Virus record (IMG/VR): IMGVR_UViG_2713896773_000027
DNA from: a virus
Lineage: Duplodnaviria; Heunggongvirae; Uroviricota; Caudoviricetes
Strand: one strand, 5' to 3'
DNA: 13,526 bases
Shown piece after piece: positions 1 through 7,937 of this stretch (positions within the stretch are counted from its first letter, which is position 1; every line of letters starts with the position of its first letter). The notes beneath the pieces were generated by a model, which did not search any database, was not told the origin of the DNA, and saw nothing but the letters and a program-made list of their open reading frames with translations. The position numbers and the translations under genes are program-made.

Positions 1-19
1 CTATTTGATAAATATTAAA

Positions 20-1315
20 TTAATTTTTCATTGCTTCGTTATGGGGCATGGTTGGGGCAAACTCGCTTAACTGTGTATTTAACAAAGCTACCTGTGCATT
101 ATTGTTTTCAGACATCCATTTTCCGTATACCTGAAATACCATTTGCGCATCTGCATGGCCCATCTGGTTTGCTATAAATGCCGGGTTAGCACCAGCTGTC
201 AGCGACCAGCAGGCATAAGTATGTCTCGACTGATATGATTTTCGATGGCGGAGTCCGGCACGTTTTATCGCTGCGTCCCACATCTGCCTTATTGAGTCAA
301 CGGTAAAATGGTCACCATAATTTTTTACTCTCGCTGACACTTCAGGTTGAAAAACAAAGGTGCATTTTTGTTTTTCTGTTCTGCCATACTCTCTGAGGTG
401 AACATCAATGATATGCTCTTTGCTCAGTCTCGTTAATGTCATCTGACTCCGGAGAGCGTCGATTGCTGGCTTAATAAGATGAATGACCCGATTGGTTCCC
501 GCCTGTGTTTTTGGTACCGTGAAACGGTCTTTTGCTAAATTTCTCCTGATCATCATTGTTCCATTTTTCAGATCTATGTCCTCCCATCCAAGTGCACACA
601 GCTCACCAGGGCGAACTCCAGTATAAACAGAAACACACCATAAATTTTTTGCTTGCTGATTTCTGCACGCATCGATAAGACGGATAAATTCTTCCCGCGA
701 AAGAGGATCCGGAATGGTTCTTGATTCCTTTAATGGCGAGATCCCCTTAAACGGATTATCTGCCAGGTAACCGTTATCAACACCAAACTGGAACACGGCG
801 TTAAGATTTGTCATGTAATTATTTACAGTTACAGCCGATCTCCCTGGTTGTGTAACAATATAGTTACTTTTGGGGATCTGGTATCCAGTCAGTAACTCTT
901 TACGAACCTCCAGTAATTTTTCTTTATTAATCGATGAGGCAAGATTTTTTTCACCGATTATGCTCAGGATATTTTTGATGACGGCACGGTATGTGTTGAG
1001 TGATGTTTTGGCGACTTCAGTTTCTTTCAGTGCCAGAAATTTTTCAGCCAGTTCTTTTATGGTTAAATCTTGTCGGGCCTCACCAAATTTTTCCAGATTG
1101 CGTGAGGAGGGAAACTGTTTTGCATAGTCGAAAACACCAGTTTTTATTGCGTAACAAACAGAGGAGCGTAGTTCACCTGCAACGCGCCTGTTTTTTGCTG
1201 TGTCAGGAACCCCCAGATTTTCCCTGACTCTTACGTCTTTATAAACAAACCAGATACGTAATTTCCCTCCATGGTTTTCCACGCCTGTCGGATATTTCAT
1301 TTCAACTTCTCTCAT
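20..1315 (-). CDS. int: phage tyrosine integrase (site-specific recombinase)
   Basis: 431-aa ORF. Tyrosine-recombinase signature segments are visible: GVRPGELCALGWEDIDL (box I Arg), SRHTYACWSL (box II), QMGHADAQMVFQVYGKW (catalytic Tyr region). It sits at the edge of the element next to an excisionase-like gene on the same strand, as in lambdoid int-xis modules. An alternative start at Met6 (MKYPTG) is possible. Confidence 0.9.
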   Translation of the reverse strand: MREVEMKYPTGVENHGGKLRIWFVYKDVRVRENLGVPDTAKNRRVAGELRSSVCYAIKTGVFDYAKQFPSSRNLEKFGEARQDLTIKELAEKFLALKETEVAKTSLNTYRAVIKNILSIIGEKNLASSINKEKLLEVRKELLTGYQIPKSNYIVTQPGRSAVTVNNYMTNLNAVFQFGVDNGYLADNPFKGISPLKESRTIPDPLSREEFIRLIDACRNQQAKNLWCVSVYTGVRPGELCALGWEDIDLKNGTMMIRRNLAKDRFTVPKTQAGTNRVIHLIKPAIDALRSQMTLTRLSKEHIIDVHLREYGRTEKQKCTFVFQPEVSARVKNYGDHFTVDSIRQMWDAAIKRAGLRHRKSYQSRHTYACWSLTAGANPAFIANQMGHADAQMVFQVYGKWMSENNNAQVALLNTQLSEFAPTMPHNEAMKN

Positions 1316-1334
1316 TAGTTAGTGTGGCTTTTAG

Positions 1335-1586
1335 TCAAGTAAGATGACGTCTTGGTCTCGCTGATGCCTGGCGCTCAATCCAGCGATCAATTTCTTCCAG
1401 GTTGTAAAAGCATGGACTGTTATCCCATGGCATACCGTCATGAGCGACATGCTTATATTCCCTTCCTTCCATAAACGATTTTTCCCGGGCCTTTTTTAAC
1501 GTACCTTTTTTTATTCCTTTCAGCGCAATTAACTGCTCTTCGGATACCCATTTGCCGGGAGAGACAATCATGATTACTTCGCTCAT
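1335..1586 (-). CDS. xis: excisionase-like small DNA-binding protein (Xis/AlpA-like)
   Basis: 83-aa ORF immediately upstream of int on the same strand. It is small and basic with a helix-turn-helix-like segment (LIALKGIKKGTLKKAREK) followed by a Trp-containing wing (EEIDRWIERQ). Position and size fit a recombination directionality factor; no homology search was run. Confidence 0.6.
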   Translation of the reverse strand: MSEVIMIVSPGKWVSEEQLIALKGIKKGTLKKAREKSFMEGREYKHVAHDGMPWDNSPCFYNLEEIDRWIERQASARPRRHLT

Positions 1587-1658
1587 CGATTTCTTTATCT
1601 CTTACATCAGACGAGCGCCGGTTGCAGAATACCAGTCACAACCGGCGACAGTTGAACA

Positions 1659-3290
1659 TTAAGAATCAGCCTGACTCGGGATCAGTTTTTGCCAGATAAC
1701 TGAAACGTATTTTGCCTGGTAACGGGCGTCATCAAGTGCATTATGGCGCTCACCTTCGAATGGAATAGCCGTTCTGGCATCGAAGTCTATGGCTTTCCCC
1801 AGCTCAACGATTGTGCGTACATCGCGATCGTTGTAGTAACGCCACGGGCAGGGGATCCCCTGCCGTTCGTATGAACGGCGCAAAATCGTGTTGTCGAAGT
1901 TGGCTCCATTTCCCCAAACCTGAACAAAAAATTCACCGGAGTTTTCGTCGATAAATTCTCGCAATTGTAACAGTGCATCATCTAACGGGATTTCATCGGT
2001 CATAATGGCAGATTGCGCTTCGCGTGATTGCTTAAGCCACCATTTAATGGTGTCCCGATCAATGACTCCGCCAGCAGTTTCCAGATCGATAGTCTTACTA
2101 AATTCCGGTCCCATATCTCCGGTTTGCGGATCGAAAAATATTGCACCTATTGAGATGATCGGGGCATCAGGATTTTTTCCCATGGTTTCAAGGTCGATCA
2201 TTAGATGGTCACACGTCCTGCTGGTGGATGTGATTTCGTGATGACCGTTCACCTTAATTGGGTGATCTGCCGTCTCGCCAGTTTCATTATCGCTATTGTG
2301 ATGCTGATTGCCGCCAGTGTTCTCCTTGTGTGGATGTTCAGCGCCTTCCATTTCCTCCGGATCATCTTCCTGAACTTCAACCTGATACTCTTCATCGAAT
2401 GTTTCTTGGTATGTTGCGTCGCCCATCACCGCGCCACAATCAGGGCAGTTGCCGCCGCCGGTCTGACCGCAGGCGGTGCAGACTTTTTCCACTTCCTGTT
2501 GCGCTACTGGTTCAGGCTGTTTCGTTTCTGGCTCGTTTTGTAACGCATTTGGACTGTTTTGTTCCGCTTTTTGGTAGTTCCGTTCCGATTCATGCTGGTT
2601 CTGGTTCACAGAATCGCGGGTCTGGAGCCCCTTAACCCATTTCGGATCATTCGGGTCACTAATCCCTTCAACAAATTCACCACGTGATGCAGCAAGCAAC
2701 TTATCGGCGTCAGGCTGGCTGATATTGGCTGCCTGCATAATTTTGTTTACTTCGTCAGCGGTAACTTTTATCGGCTCTGGTTGTTCTGAATCTTCAGCGG
2801 TATCTACATTTTGCGGTAAGCCCGTGTATGTGCCATTTTTTCGGGCAAAATATTCTTCTTTTGTGATTTCAGTGGCGCCAGCAGCCAGTGCCTTATCCAG
2901 ACCAGAGAGTTTGTTTGCGCGACCGTATTTTTCTCCGTCCTTATCTGCGAAGAGGAAATAGAACGGCCCCTCACGCTCTACAGATGGTTCAGCTTCCGGC
3001 GCGGTTTCATTTTTTGGGATATCAGATACCTCAGTTTCCACTGCATCAGTTTGTGTTTCTGATGACTGGAGAACATCAACAGTGCCCAGGTCTGTTTCTT
3101 CATTCTCAAACACGCCCTTTGTCGTCAGGTATTCGCAGATATATTTGTTCAGTGCTACGGGATCTTTGTGAATGTCGATCGGACGCTCACGGACAAGGCC
3201 AAAAATAGTTTGGCGGTCGTAGCGAAGGGCATCAGGCTGTTTGCGCATTGATGCCGAGATACGCTGAGGTAGCCTGAGTTTAACGGACAC
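1659..3290 (-). CDS. prophage exonuclease with C-terminal DnaQ-like (DEDDh) 3'-5' exonuclease domain and central Cys4 zinc-ribbon; probably 5'-truncated
   Basis: 543-aa ORF. The C-terminal third carries the three exonuclease motifs: Exo I MIDLETMG, Exo II VWGNGANFDNTIL, Exo III HNALDDARYQ. A Cys cluster CTACGQTGGGNCPDCG lies mid-protein. It occupies the position of recombination exonucleases in lambdoid early-left operons. The apparent GTG start at 3288-3290 lies inside the inferred IS3-family inverted repeat (3265-3290), and the first ATG (3246-3248) has no Shine-Dalgarno, so the native 5' end is probably lost. Confidence 0.7.
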   Translation of the reverse strand: MSVKLRLPQRISASMRKQPDALRYDRQTIFGLVRERPIDIHKDPVALNKYICEYLTTKGVFENEETDLGTVDVLQSSETQTDAVETEVSDIPKNETAPEAEPSVEREGPFYFLFADKDGEKYGRANKLSGLDKALAAGATEITKEEYFARKNGTYTGLPQNVDTAEDSEQPEPIKVTADEVNKIMQAANISQPDADKLLAASRGEFVEGISDPNDPKWVKGLQTRDSVNQNQHESERNYQKAEQNSPNALQNEPETKQPEPVAQQEVEKVCTACGQTGGGNCPDCGAVMGDATYQETFDEEYQVEVQEDDPEEMEGAEHPHKENTGGNQHHNSDNETGETADHPIKVNGHHEITSTSRTCDHLMIDLETMGKNPDAPIISIGAIFFDPQTGDMGPEFSKTIDLETAGGVIDRDTIKWWLKQSREAQSAIMTDEIPLDDALLQLREFIDENSGEFFVQVWGNGANFDNTILRRSYERQGIPCPWRYYNDRDVRTIVELGKAIDFDARTAIPFEGERHNALDDARYQAKYVSVIWQKLIPSQADS

Positions 3291-3591
3291 TCCTTCCTGA
3301 AATAGAATGGCATCAGAAGGAGCTAATAATGAGCAGAAAAACCCAACGTTACTCTAAAGAGTTCAAAGCCGAAGCTGTCAGAACGGTTCTTGAAAATCAA
3401 CTTTCGATCAGTGAAGGCGCTTCCCGATTATCTCTTCCTGAAGGCACTTTAGGACAATGGGTTACCGCCGCCAGAAAAGGGCTCGGTACTCCTGGTTCCC
3501 GCACGGTGGCTGAACTGGAATCTGAAATTCTGCAACTGCGTAAGGCGTTAAATGAAGCTCGCCTTGAGCGAGATATATTAAAAAAAGCAAC
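3265..3591 (+). mobile_element. IS3-family insertion sequence remnant (IS600-like), left end plus truncated orfA; interrupted by IS30
   Basis: The terminal sequence TGAGGTAGCCTGAGTTTAACGGACAC (3265-3290) starts with TG and ends with GGACAC like IS3-family left inverted repeats. It is followed after about 40 bp by an orfA-type ORF. The element stops abruptly at 3591, where the IS30 inverted repeat begins. No orfB or right inverted repeat is present in the window. Confidence 0.6.
3329..3591 (+). pseudogene. IS3-family transposase OrfA (IS600-like), truncated after codon 88 by IS30
   Basis: Translation MSRKTQRYSKEFKAEAVRTVLENQLSISEGASRLSLPEGTLGQWV...LERDILKKAT has the helix-turn-helix plus leucine-zipper layout of IS3-family OrfA. 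A Shine-Dalgarno AGGAG sits at 3318-3322. The last nucleotide of the final in-frame codon (ACT, Thr) is the first base of the IS30 terminal repeat. The 134-aa ORF on the track is an artefact running into IS30 and the N-run. Confidence 0.75.
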
Positions 3592-4595
3592 TGTAGATTC
3601 AATTGGTCAACGCAACAGTTATGTGAAAACATGGGGTTGCGGAGGTTTTTTGNNNNNNNNNNNNNNNNNNNNNNNNNNNNNNNNNNNNNNNNNNNNNNNN
3701 NNNNNNNNNNNNNNNNNNNNNNNNNNNNNNTAAGCGGGCTGTAGCTCACCTGACACTGTCTGAGCGCGAGGAGATACGAGCTGGTTTGTCAGCCAAAATG
3801 AGCATTCGTGCGATAGCTACTGCGCTGAATCGCAGTCCTTCGACGATCTCACGTGAAGTTCAGCGTAATCGGGGCAGACGCTATTACAAAGCTGTTGATG
3901 CTAATAACCGAGCCAACAGAATGGCGAAAAGGCCAAAACCGTGCTTACTGGATCAAAATTTACCATTGCGAAAGCTTGTTCTGGAAAAGCTGGAGATGAA
4001 ATGGTCTCCAGAGCAAATATCAGGATGGTTAAGGCGAACAAAACCACGTCAAAAAACGCTGCGAATATCACCTGAGACAATTTATAAAACGCTGTACTTT
4101 CGTAGCCGTGAAGCGCTACACCACCTGAATATACAGCATCTGCGACGGTCGCATAGCCTTCGCCATGGCAGGCGTCATACCCGCAAAGGCGAAAGAGGTA
4201 CGATTAACATAGTGAACGGAACACCAATTCACGAACGTTCCCGAAATATCGATAACAGACGCTCTCTGGGGCATTGGGAGGGCGATTTAGTCTCAGGTAC
4301 AAAAAACTCTCATATAGCCACACTTGTAGACCGAAAATCACGTTATACGATCATCCTTAGACTCAGGGGCAAAGATTCTGTCTCAGTAAATCAGGCTCTT
4401 ACCGACAAATTCCTGAGTTTACCGTCAGAACTCAGAAAATCACTGACATGGGACAGAGGAATGGAACTGGCCAGACATCTAGNNNNNNNNNNNNNNNNNN
4501 NNNNNNNNNNNNNNNNNNNNNNNNNNNNNNNNNNNAGTTCAAAACACCGAAAGAGATAATTGAAAGGGGTGTTGCATTGACAGATTGAATCTACA
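3592..4595 (+). mobile_element. IS30 insertion sequence; interior contains two N-runs (3653-3730, 4483-4535) that are assembly gaps of non-native length
   Basis: The ends are imperfect inverted repeats: left TGTAGATTCAATTGGTCAACGCAACAG (3592 onward), and the reverse complement of the right end (to 4595) is TGTAGATTCAATCTGTCAATGCAACAC. The internal ORF translates to the IS30 transposase sequence as I recall it. The flanks (..GCAAC | GTGTTG..) show no 2-bp target duplication. Confidence 0.85.
3732..4588 (+). CDS. insI: IS30 transposase (DDE family), visible portion; true start codon lies inside the first N-run and a mid-gene stretch inside the second
   Basis: The frame opening at 3732 reads KRAVAHLTLSEREEIRAGLSAKMSIRAIATALNRSPSTISREVQRNRG... 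and after the second gap ...KFKTPKEIIERGVALTD, ending at a TGA (4586-4588) inside the right inverted repeat. This matches the IS30 transposase. The interruptions are Ns, not mutations, so this is not necessarily a pseudogene. Confidence 0.85.
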
Positions 4596-4622
4596 GTGTT
4601 GTATTGTATAAATAGAGTACAT

Positions 4623-4664
4623 AAAGCCATCAATATTTCTATCGATGGCTTTATCTTTTTATTG
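4623..4664. terminator. hairpin (13-bp stem with one mismatch, 4-nt loop) followed by a T-run; likely terminator downstream of the tail-fibre assembly gene, possibly bidirectional
   Basis: AAAGCCATCAATA-TTTC-TATCGATGGCTTT (4623-4652) followed by ATCTTTTTATT on the + strand. On the - strand the same stem lies just after the tfa stop codon (4659-4661). It is 28 bp from the IS30 right end. Confidence 0.5.
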
Positions 4665-5237
4665 CGGGGCGACTGGCCACTCAACATCCGCTGCTACTGC
4701 TGTATCAACACGATTCAACAATACCCGATATGTCTTCCATGCAGTCAGTAACGATGCCTCTTCCTCCGTCGCAATATCCAAATCTACGGCATCCTGAAGT
4801 GGCGCAATATGCTCACTGGCCATCTGCATCAGGCTGTTTTTTGTTTCTTCCGCCTTCCGGATCCGGAACAGTTTTTCTGCTTCTGCATCTTTCACCCAGG
4901 CTGTGCCGTTCCACTTCTGAAACTCCCCTTCCGGGGATAACCAGGTGACATTTTCCGGTAATGGGCCAAGTTCAGAAATAAATAACGCGTCGCCGGAAGC
5001 CACGTCATAGACGGTTTTTCCCCGATGGTCTTCAACGAGATTCCACGATGCCTCATCACTGTTGAAAACGGCCACGAAGCCAGCCGGAATATCTGGCGGG
5101 GCAATATCGGTACTGTTTGCAGGCAGACCTGTATGAGGTGGAATGTATGCATCACCTTCACCAATAAACTCATTGGTTCCAGCCAGTAGATTATAAATTT
5201 TTATGGTCCGTGATTGTTCACTCATTCTGAATGTCAT
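4659..5237 (-). CDS. tfa: phage tail fibre assembly protein (Tfa / Mu U / P2 G family chaperone)
   Basis: 192-aa ORF. Its ATG overlaps the upstream tail-fibre stop by one base (TAATG), a classic Stf-Tfa coupling. The N-terminal region ([38 protein letters not shown]...) and size are typical of the Tfa family. Confidence 0.9.
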   Translation of the reverse strand: MTFRMSEQSRTIKIYNLLAGTNEFIGEGDAYIPPHTGLPANSTDIAPPDIPAGFVAVFNSDEASWNLVEDHRGKTVYDVASGDALFISELGPLPENVTWLSPEGEFQKWNGTAWVKDAEAEKLFRIRKAEETKNSLMQMASEHIAPLQDAVDLDIATEEEASLLTAWKTYRVLLNRVDTAVAADVEWPVAPQ

Positions 5238-6853
5238 TATGCAAGCCTCACAATATAGTTAAATGCGATGTTTTTTACGGTGTTTTCTTCGTTACCCGTA
5301 GCGTTAACGGTGATGGTGTGTCCGTGGGGACCAATAATGACAGAATGGGCATGAGCACCAATGCCGATAGTGTGGTTATGGGCACCGATATATACATTGT
5401 GAGCATGCCCTCCTGCGCTCGACGTGGTACCAGTACCTAACGCAGCGTTATAACCGGCTGATACACCATTCCCCGCGCCAGTGTGACCAACAGGTATATT
5501 GTGTGAATGAGCTCCTGCGCTATTTGTGGTTTTTGTGCCGTAATCAAATGAACTGGTCGTTTTAGTACCGTAATCAAACGACGATGTGGTTTTCGTCCCC
5601 AAATCCGTACTGGATGCACTGGCGCTGTGGGTGTGCGATTTAATGCCGTCCTGTTCCTGAGACAATACTGCACGACCACTGGCGGGCTTGCCCTTAATCG
5701 TCCAGCTACGCATATCAGGGATCACACCTGACGGATAAGCGGCTGCAAGTTTCGGGTATGCAGATTTGTCAAAAGTCTGCCCCTGCATCAGGGCATAACC
5801 AGACGGAACGGTATCTGATGGCCAAGGGATCGGTGCGCCAACCGGATAAAGTTCATGCGGCGAAATATACAGCGAATAAACAGAACCGTCCGTTAATCCT
5901 TCCGGCTTATTAGCAGAATATGCTGGTGAAGTATGAATCGTTACGCTGGCATTACTGGTATAATCCCATTGAATATTTACACCAGTCGCATAATTTCCAA
6001 TAGCAACGTAAATATCGTAAGTGTCACCAGAAGTATTGACCCACGCAAAATTTGTAAACCCTGCCGATGTGCGCTGCCATAAAGCTCCAGTAATCCCCTT
6101 CGGATTACCGTTACCTGCACGCAAAACAAGTTCAGATATACCTGCCTGTTGAGGTGACCCCACGTTAAATCCCGCGCCACCAATCAACGTAATTGAAACA
6201 ACAGAACTTGCCTGCGGCATGGTTACAGTTGCCAGCTTGAACCATCCTGCACCACCACTAAAAGACATTGTTGTGGAGTTGATTGTGCCTATAGACCGTG
6301 GGTTAAGTTCAATATCTTTAGAACCATCAAACGAGACGCCATTGATAGCACATGCTGTCTGCAACTTGGTCGCTGTAGCCGCATTACCAGAGGTGTCCTG
6401 ATTCCCTTTGGCATTGACGCCGGGAATTGAATCTTTTGACGTATAGACCTGCGCCCATTCAGACCAGTTGGCAGAATCAGTATCCCGCCGCGAACGGATA
6501 TGTACGGGCGCATGGGCACCGCTCGTGCCACTCCAGCCAATGAATAACTCACCTTCGCCAGCAGCGGTGGCACCTTTAAGGTGAAGCACATTGCCATAGG
6601 GGGAAGGGTAGCCATTGTTGTATGCCTCATACAGCTGAATCCCGGATGTTCCCTGTGCATTCGCCTCCAGGGCCGTTACGCGACCGCGAGATACCAGAGT
6701 ATTGATATTAATGTCAGCCGAACCATCGAACCTGACGCCATTAATGTTTCTGGCTGTTTTTAATTTCGTCGCGGTGTCGGCGTTCCCCGCCAGCGCCCCG
6801 GTGATCCCACCGTTGAAAGTCTGGCGTGCACTCCATGTGTTAGCCGTGCTCAA
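5237..6853 (-). CDS. phage tail fibre protein, C-terminal variable (receptor-binding) cassette without its own start; reading frame stays open upstream through the crossover site to about 6931
   Basis: Contains two copies of the phage tail-fibre repeat ([26 protein letters not shown] and [28 protein letters not shown]), tandem [10 protein letters not shown] repeats, and C-terminal HxH repeats (HSHN, HAHN, HNHT, HAHS, HGHT). The listed start is a TTG chosen by the ORF finder. Translating upstream in frame gives ...[15 protein letters not shown]... with no ATG and no Shine-Dalgarno, consistent with a silent Sv'-type segment of an invertible host-range region. Confidence 0.85.
   Translation of the reverse strand: MSTANTWSARQTFNGGITGALAGNADTATKLKTARNINGVRFDGSADININTLVSRGRVTALEANAQGTSGIQLYEAYNNGYPSPYGNVLHLKGATAAGEGELFIGWSGTSGAHAPVHIRSRRDTDSANWSEWAQVYTSKDSIPGVNAKGNQDTSGNAATATKLQTACAINGVSFDGSKDIELNPRSIGTINSTTMSFSGGAGWFKLATVTMPQASSVVSITLIGGAGFNVGSPQQAGISELVLRAGNGNPKGITGALWQRTSAGFTNFAWVNTSGDTYDIYVAIGNYATGVNIQWDYTSNASVTIHTSPAYSANKPEGLTDGSVYSLYISPHELYPVGAPIPWPSDTVPSGYALMQGQTFDKSAYPKLAAAYPSGVIPDMRSWTIKGKPASGRAVLSQEQDGIKSHTHSASASSTDLGTKTTSSFDYGTKTTSSFDYGTKTTNSAGAHSHNIPVGHTGAGNGVSAGYNAALGTGTTSSAGGHAHNVYIGAHNHTIGIGAHAHSVIIGPHGHTITVNATGNEENTVKNIAFNYIVRLA
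5528..5599. repeat. approximately 30-bp imperfect tandem repeat (about 2.4 copies) inside the tail-fibre coding region
   Basis: GGTTTTTGTGCCGTAATCAAATGAACTGGTC / GTTTTAGTACCGTAATCAAACGACGATGTG / GTTTTCGTCCCC on the + strand, encoding the [10 protein letters not shown] repeats on the - strand. Confidence 0.5.
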
Positions 6854-6883
6854 CAGGGGGATCTTTTCACCGCTTGTGCCAAG

Positions 6884-6909
6884 TTCTCTTAAACCAAGGT
6901 TTAGGATTG
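6884..6909. other. hix/gix/cix/pix-like 26-bp crossover site for the adjacent serine invertase
   Basis: TTCTCTTAAACC-AA-GGTTTAGGATTG is an imperfect palindrome with a central AA. By my recollection of hixL (TTCTTGAAAACCAAGGTTTTTGATAA) it matches at 19 of 26 positions. It overlaps the last codons of the invertase gene and lies in-frame within the upstream extension of the tail-fibre cassette. No second copy was found in the window. Confidence 0.6.
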
Positions 6910-7461
6910 AAATGATGACGCCGGAAACTTCTTATAAAGCGTGGAAACAGCCACATCATAGATGATTGCAACCTGCTTACGGGGGATGCCCTTCTCGAGC
7001 AATCGCCGCATTTGCTGCCATGTTTCTTCTTGGTATTTAGGCCGACGCCCACCTATACGACCTTCTGCGCGAGCTGCATCAAGTCCAGCGCGTGTACGTT
7101 CAACGATAAGCTCACGTTCCATTTCTGCCAGCGCCCCCATTACGTGAAAGAAAAAGCGCCCCATTGGTGTACTGGTGTCGATGGAGTCAGTGAGACTCCG
7201 GAAGTTAATGCCTCTGTCACGCAGCTCTTCCACCAGCACAACTAAGTGACGCATGCTGCGCCCAAGACGATCTAACTTCCATACGACTAGGGTGTCACCT
7301 CTGGAAAGCATACGGAGAACCTTTTTTAACCCAGGGCGTTCAGCCTTTTTGCCGCTCGCCTTGTCCTCAAAAATTAGCTTACATCCTGCGCTTTCAAGGG
7401 CATTTCGTTGTAAAGCAGTGTTTTGTTCATTTGTTGATACGCGTACATAGCCAATTAGCAT
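6901..7461 (-). CDS. pin: serine-recombinase DNA invertase (Hin/Gin/Cin/Pin family)
   Basis: 186-aa ORF starting [27 protein letters not shown]... with the catalytic Ser in the YVRVST motif, a resolvase/invertase catalytic domain ([16 protein letters not shown]...) and a C-terminal helix-turn-helix ([22 protein letters not shown]). It is very close to the E. coli Pin sequence as I recall it. The symbol denotes family membership, not a confirmed ortholog. Confidence 0.9.
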   Translation of the reverse strand: MLIGYVRVSTNEQNTALQRNALESAGCKLIFEDKASGKKAERPGLKKVLRMLSRGDTLVVWKLDRLGRSMRHLVVLVEELRDRGINFRSLTDSIDTSTPMGRFFFHVMGALAEMERELIVERTRAGLDAARAEGRIGGRRPKYQEETWQQMRRLLEKGIPRKQVAIIYDVAVSTLYKKFPASSFQS

Positions 7462-7588
7462 ATTTTCTGCTCACCATAGTTATTCATAGCAAGCTGCGGA
7501 TTTTAATTAACAGAAACCAGTGTGTGTGGAAATCACAAAGTGCATACCGTGCCCCAATGATGTTTTATTGAAAAGCGGGGTTACTTTA

Positions 7589-7870
7589 ATGTTTGATTTA
7601 ACCATATTTTTTATAACCATCCTTGGAGGCGTGCATTCGTTTCTGAATGGGGTTCGTGAAAAACGTTACGAAGCGTCATGCAGGCAATTGATGGCCGAGT
7701 GTATTGCTGCCGTACTTGCAGGCTTTATAGGCATGTATTTCGCGGAATATAAGGGTATGGATGAAAGTCTTCAGAATTGCGTGACTATTATTTGCAGCAT
7801 CAATAACAGGCTCATTCTTGAAAAGTTACAAAGGATTATCGATTCGTACCTCAGTAGCAATGCCTCTTAA
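7589..7870 (+). CDS. small membrane protein with two predicted transmembrane segments; holin-like (hypothesis)
   Basis: About 93 aa from the ATG at 7589; the track's GTG at 7520 has no Shine-Dalgarno. Hydrophobic stretches LTIFFITILGGVHSFL and CIAAVLAGFIGMYFA. Paralogous to the next ORF (GG..TFL..VR-D/E..; AGxxAxxLG motif). Function is inferred from size and topology only. Confidence 0.55.
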   Translation: MFDLTIFFITILGGVHSFLNGVREKRYEASCRQLMAECIAAVLAGFIGMYFAEYKGMDESLQNCVTIICSINNRLILEKLQRIIDSYLSSNAS

Positions 7871-7937
7871 GCAACAAATGACCGGTTGAGAAGTTACTTT
7901 GCATACCATTACCTCCTGACAACGTAGGAGGGAACTT

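Noticed and set aside
1-19. attL or a tRNA integration target at the left edge
   Set aside because: Only 19 bp lie beyond the integrase stop, too little to identify an attachment site or tRNA 3' end.
870-1227. Two + strand ORFs (85 and 75 aa) inside the integrase gene
   Set aside because: They are antisense shadow ORFs fully embedded in a well-supported integrase CDS, with no ribosome-binding site or recognisable features.
1787-3208. Several ORFs on both strands (64 to 125 aa) overlapping the exonuclease gene
   Set aside because: They are embedded in, or antisense to, the 543-aa exonuclease ORF, which has clear DEDDh motifs. Proline/arginine-rich translations are typical of out-of-frame reading.
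3462-3749. 95-aa - strand ORF and the 3' extension of the 134-aa + strand ORF running through the N-run
   Set aside because: These are artefacts of translating across Ns (X residues) and IS30 terminal sequence.
4391-4687. 98-aa - strand ORF spanning the second N-run and the IS30 right end
   Set aside because: It crosses an assembly gap and the IS30 inverted repeat and is antisense to the IS30 transposase; not credible.
5528-5599. Possible CRISPR-like repeat
   Set aside because: Only about 2.4 tandem copies with no spacers, and it lies inside a coding region, where it encodes an amino-acid repeat. It is not a CRISPR array.
5231-6965. Multiple short ORFs on both strands overlapping the tail-fibre gene and the invertase 3' region
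   Set aside because: They are shadow ORFs within the strongly supported tail-fibre reading frame; none has a ribosome-binding site or recognisable motifs.
7520-7588. GTG start at 7520 for the first small membrane protein (116-aa version)
   Set aside because: No Shine-Dalgarno precedes it, and the N-terminal extension (MCVEITKCIPCPNDV...) is Cys/Pro-rich and atypical. The ATG at 7589 is preferred, though still uncertain.
7462-7588. Divergent promoter and recombinational enhancer between the invertase and the first + strand gene
   Set aside because: This is plausible by position, but I could not identify convincing -35/-10 elements or Fis sites by eye. By analogy with Gin/Hin systems the enhancer is expected inside the invertase 5' coding region, but it cannot be mapped from sequence alone.
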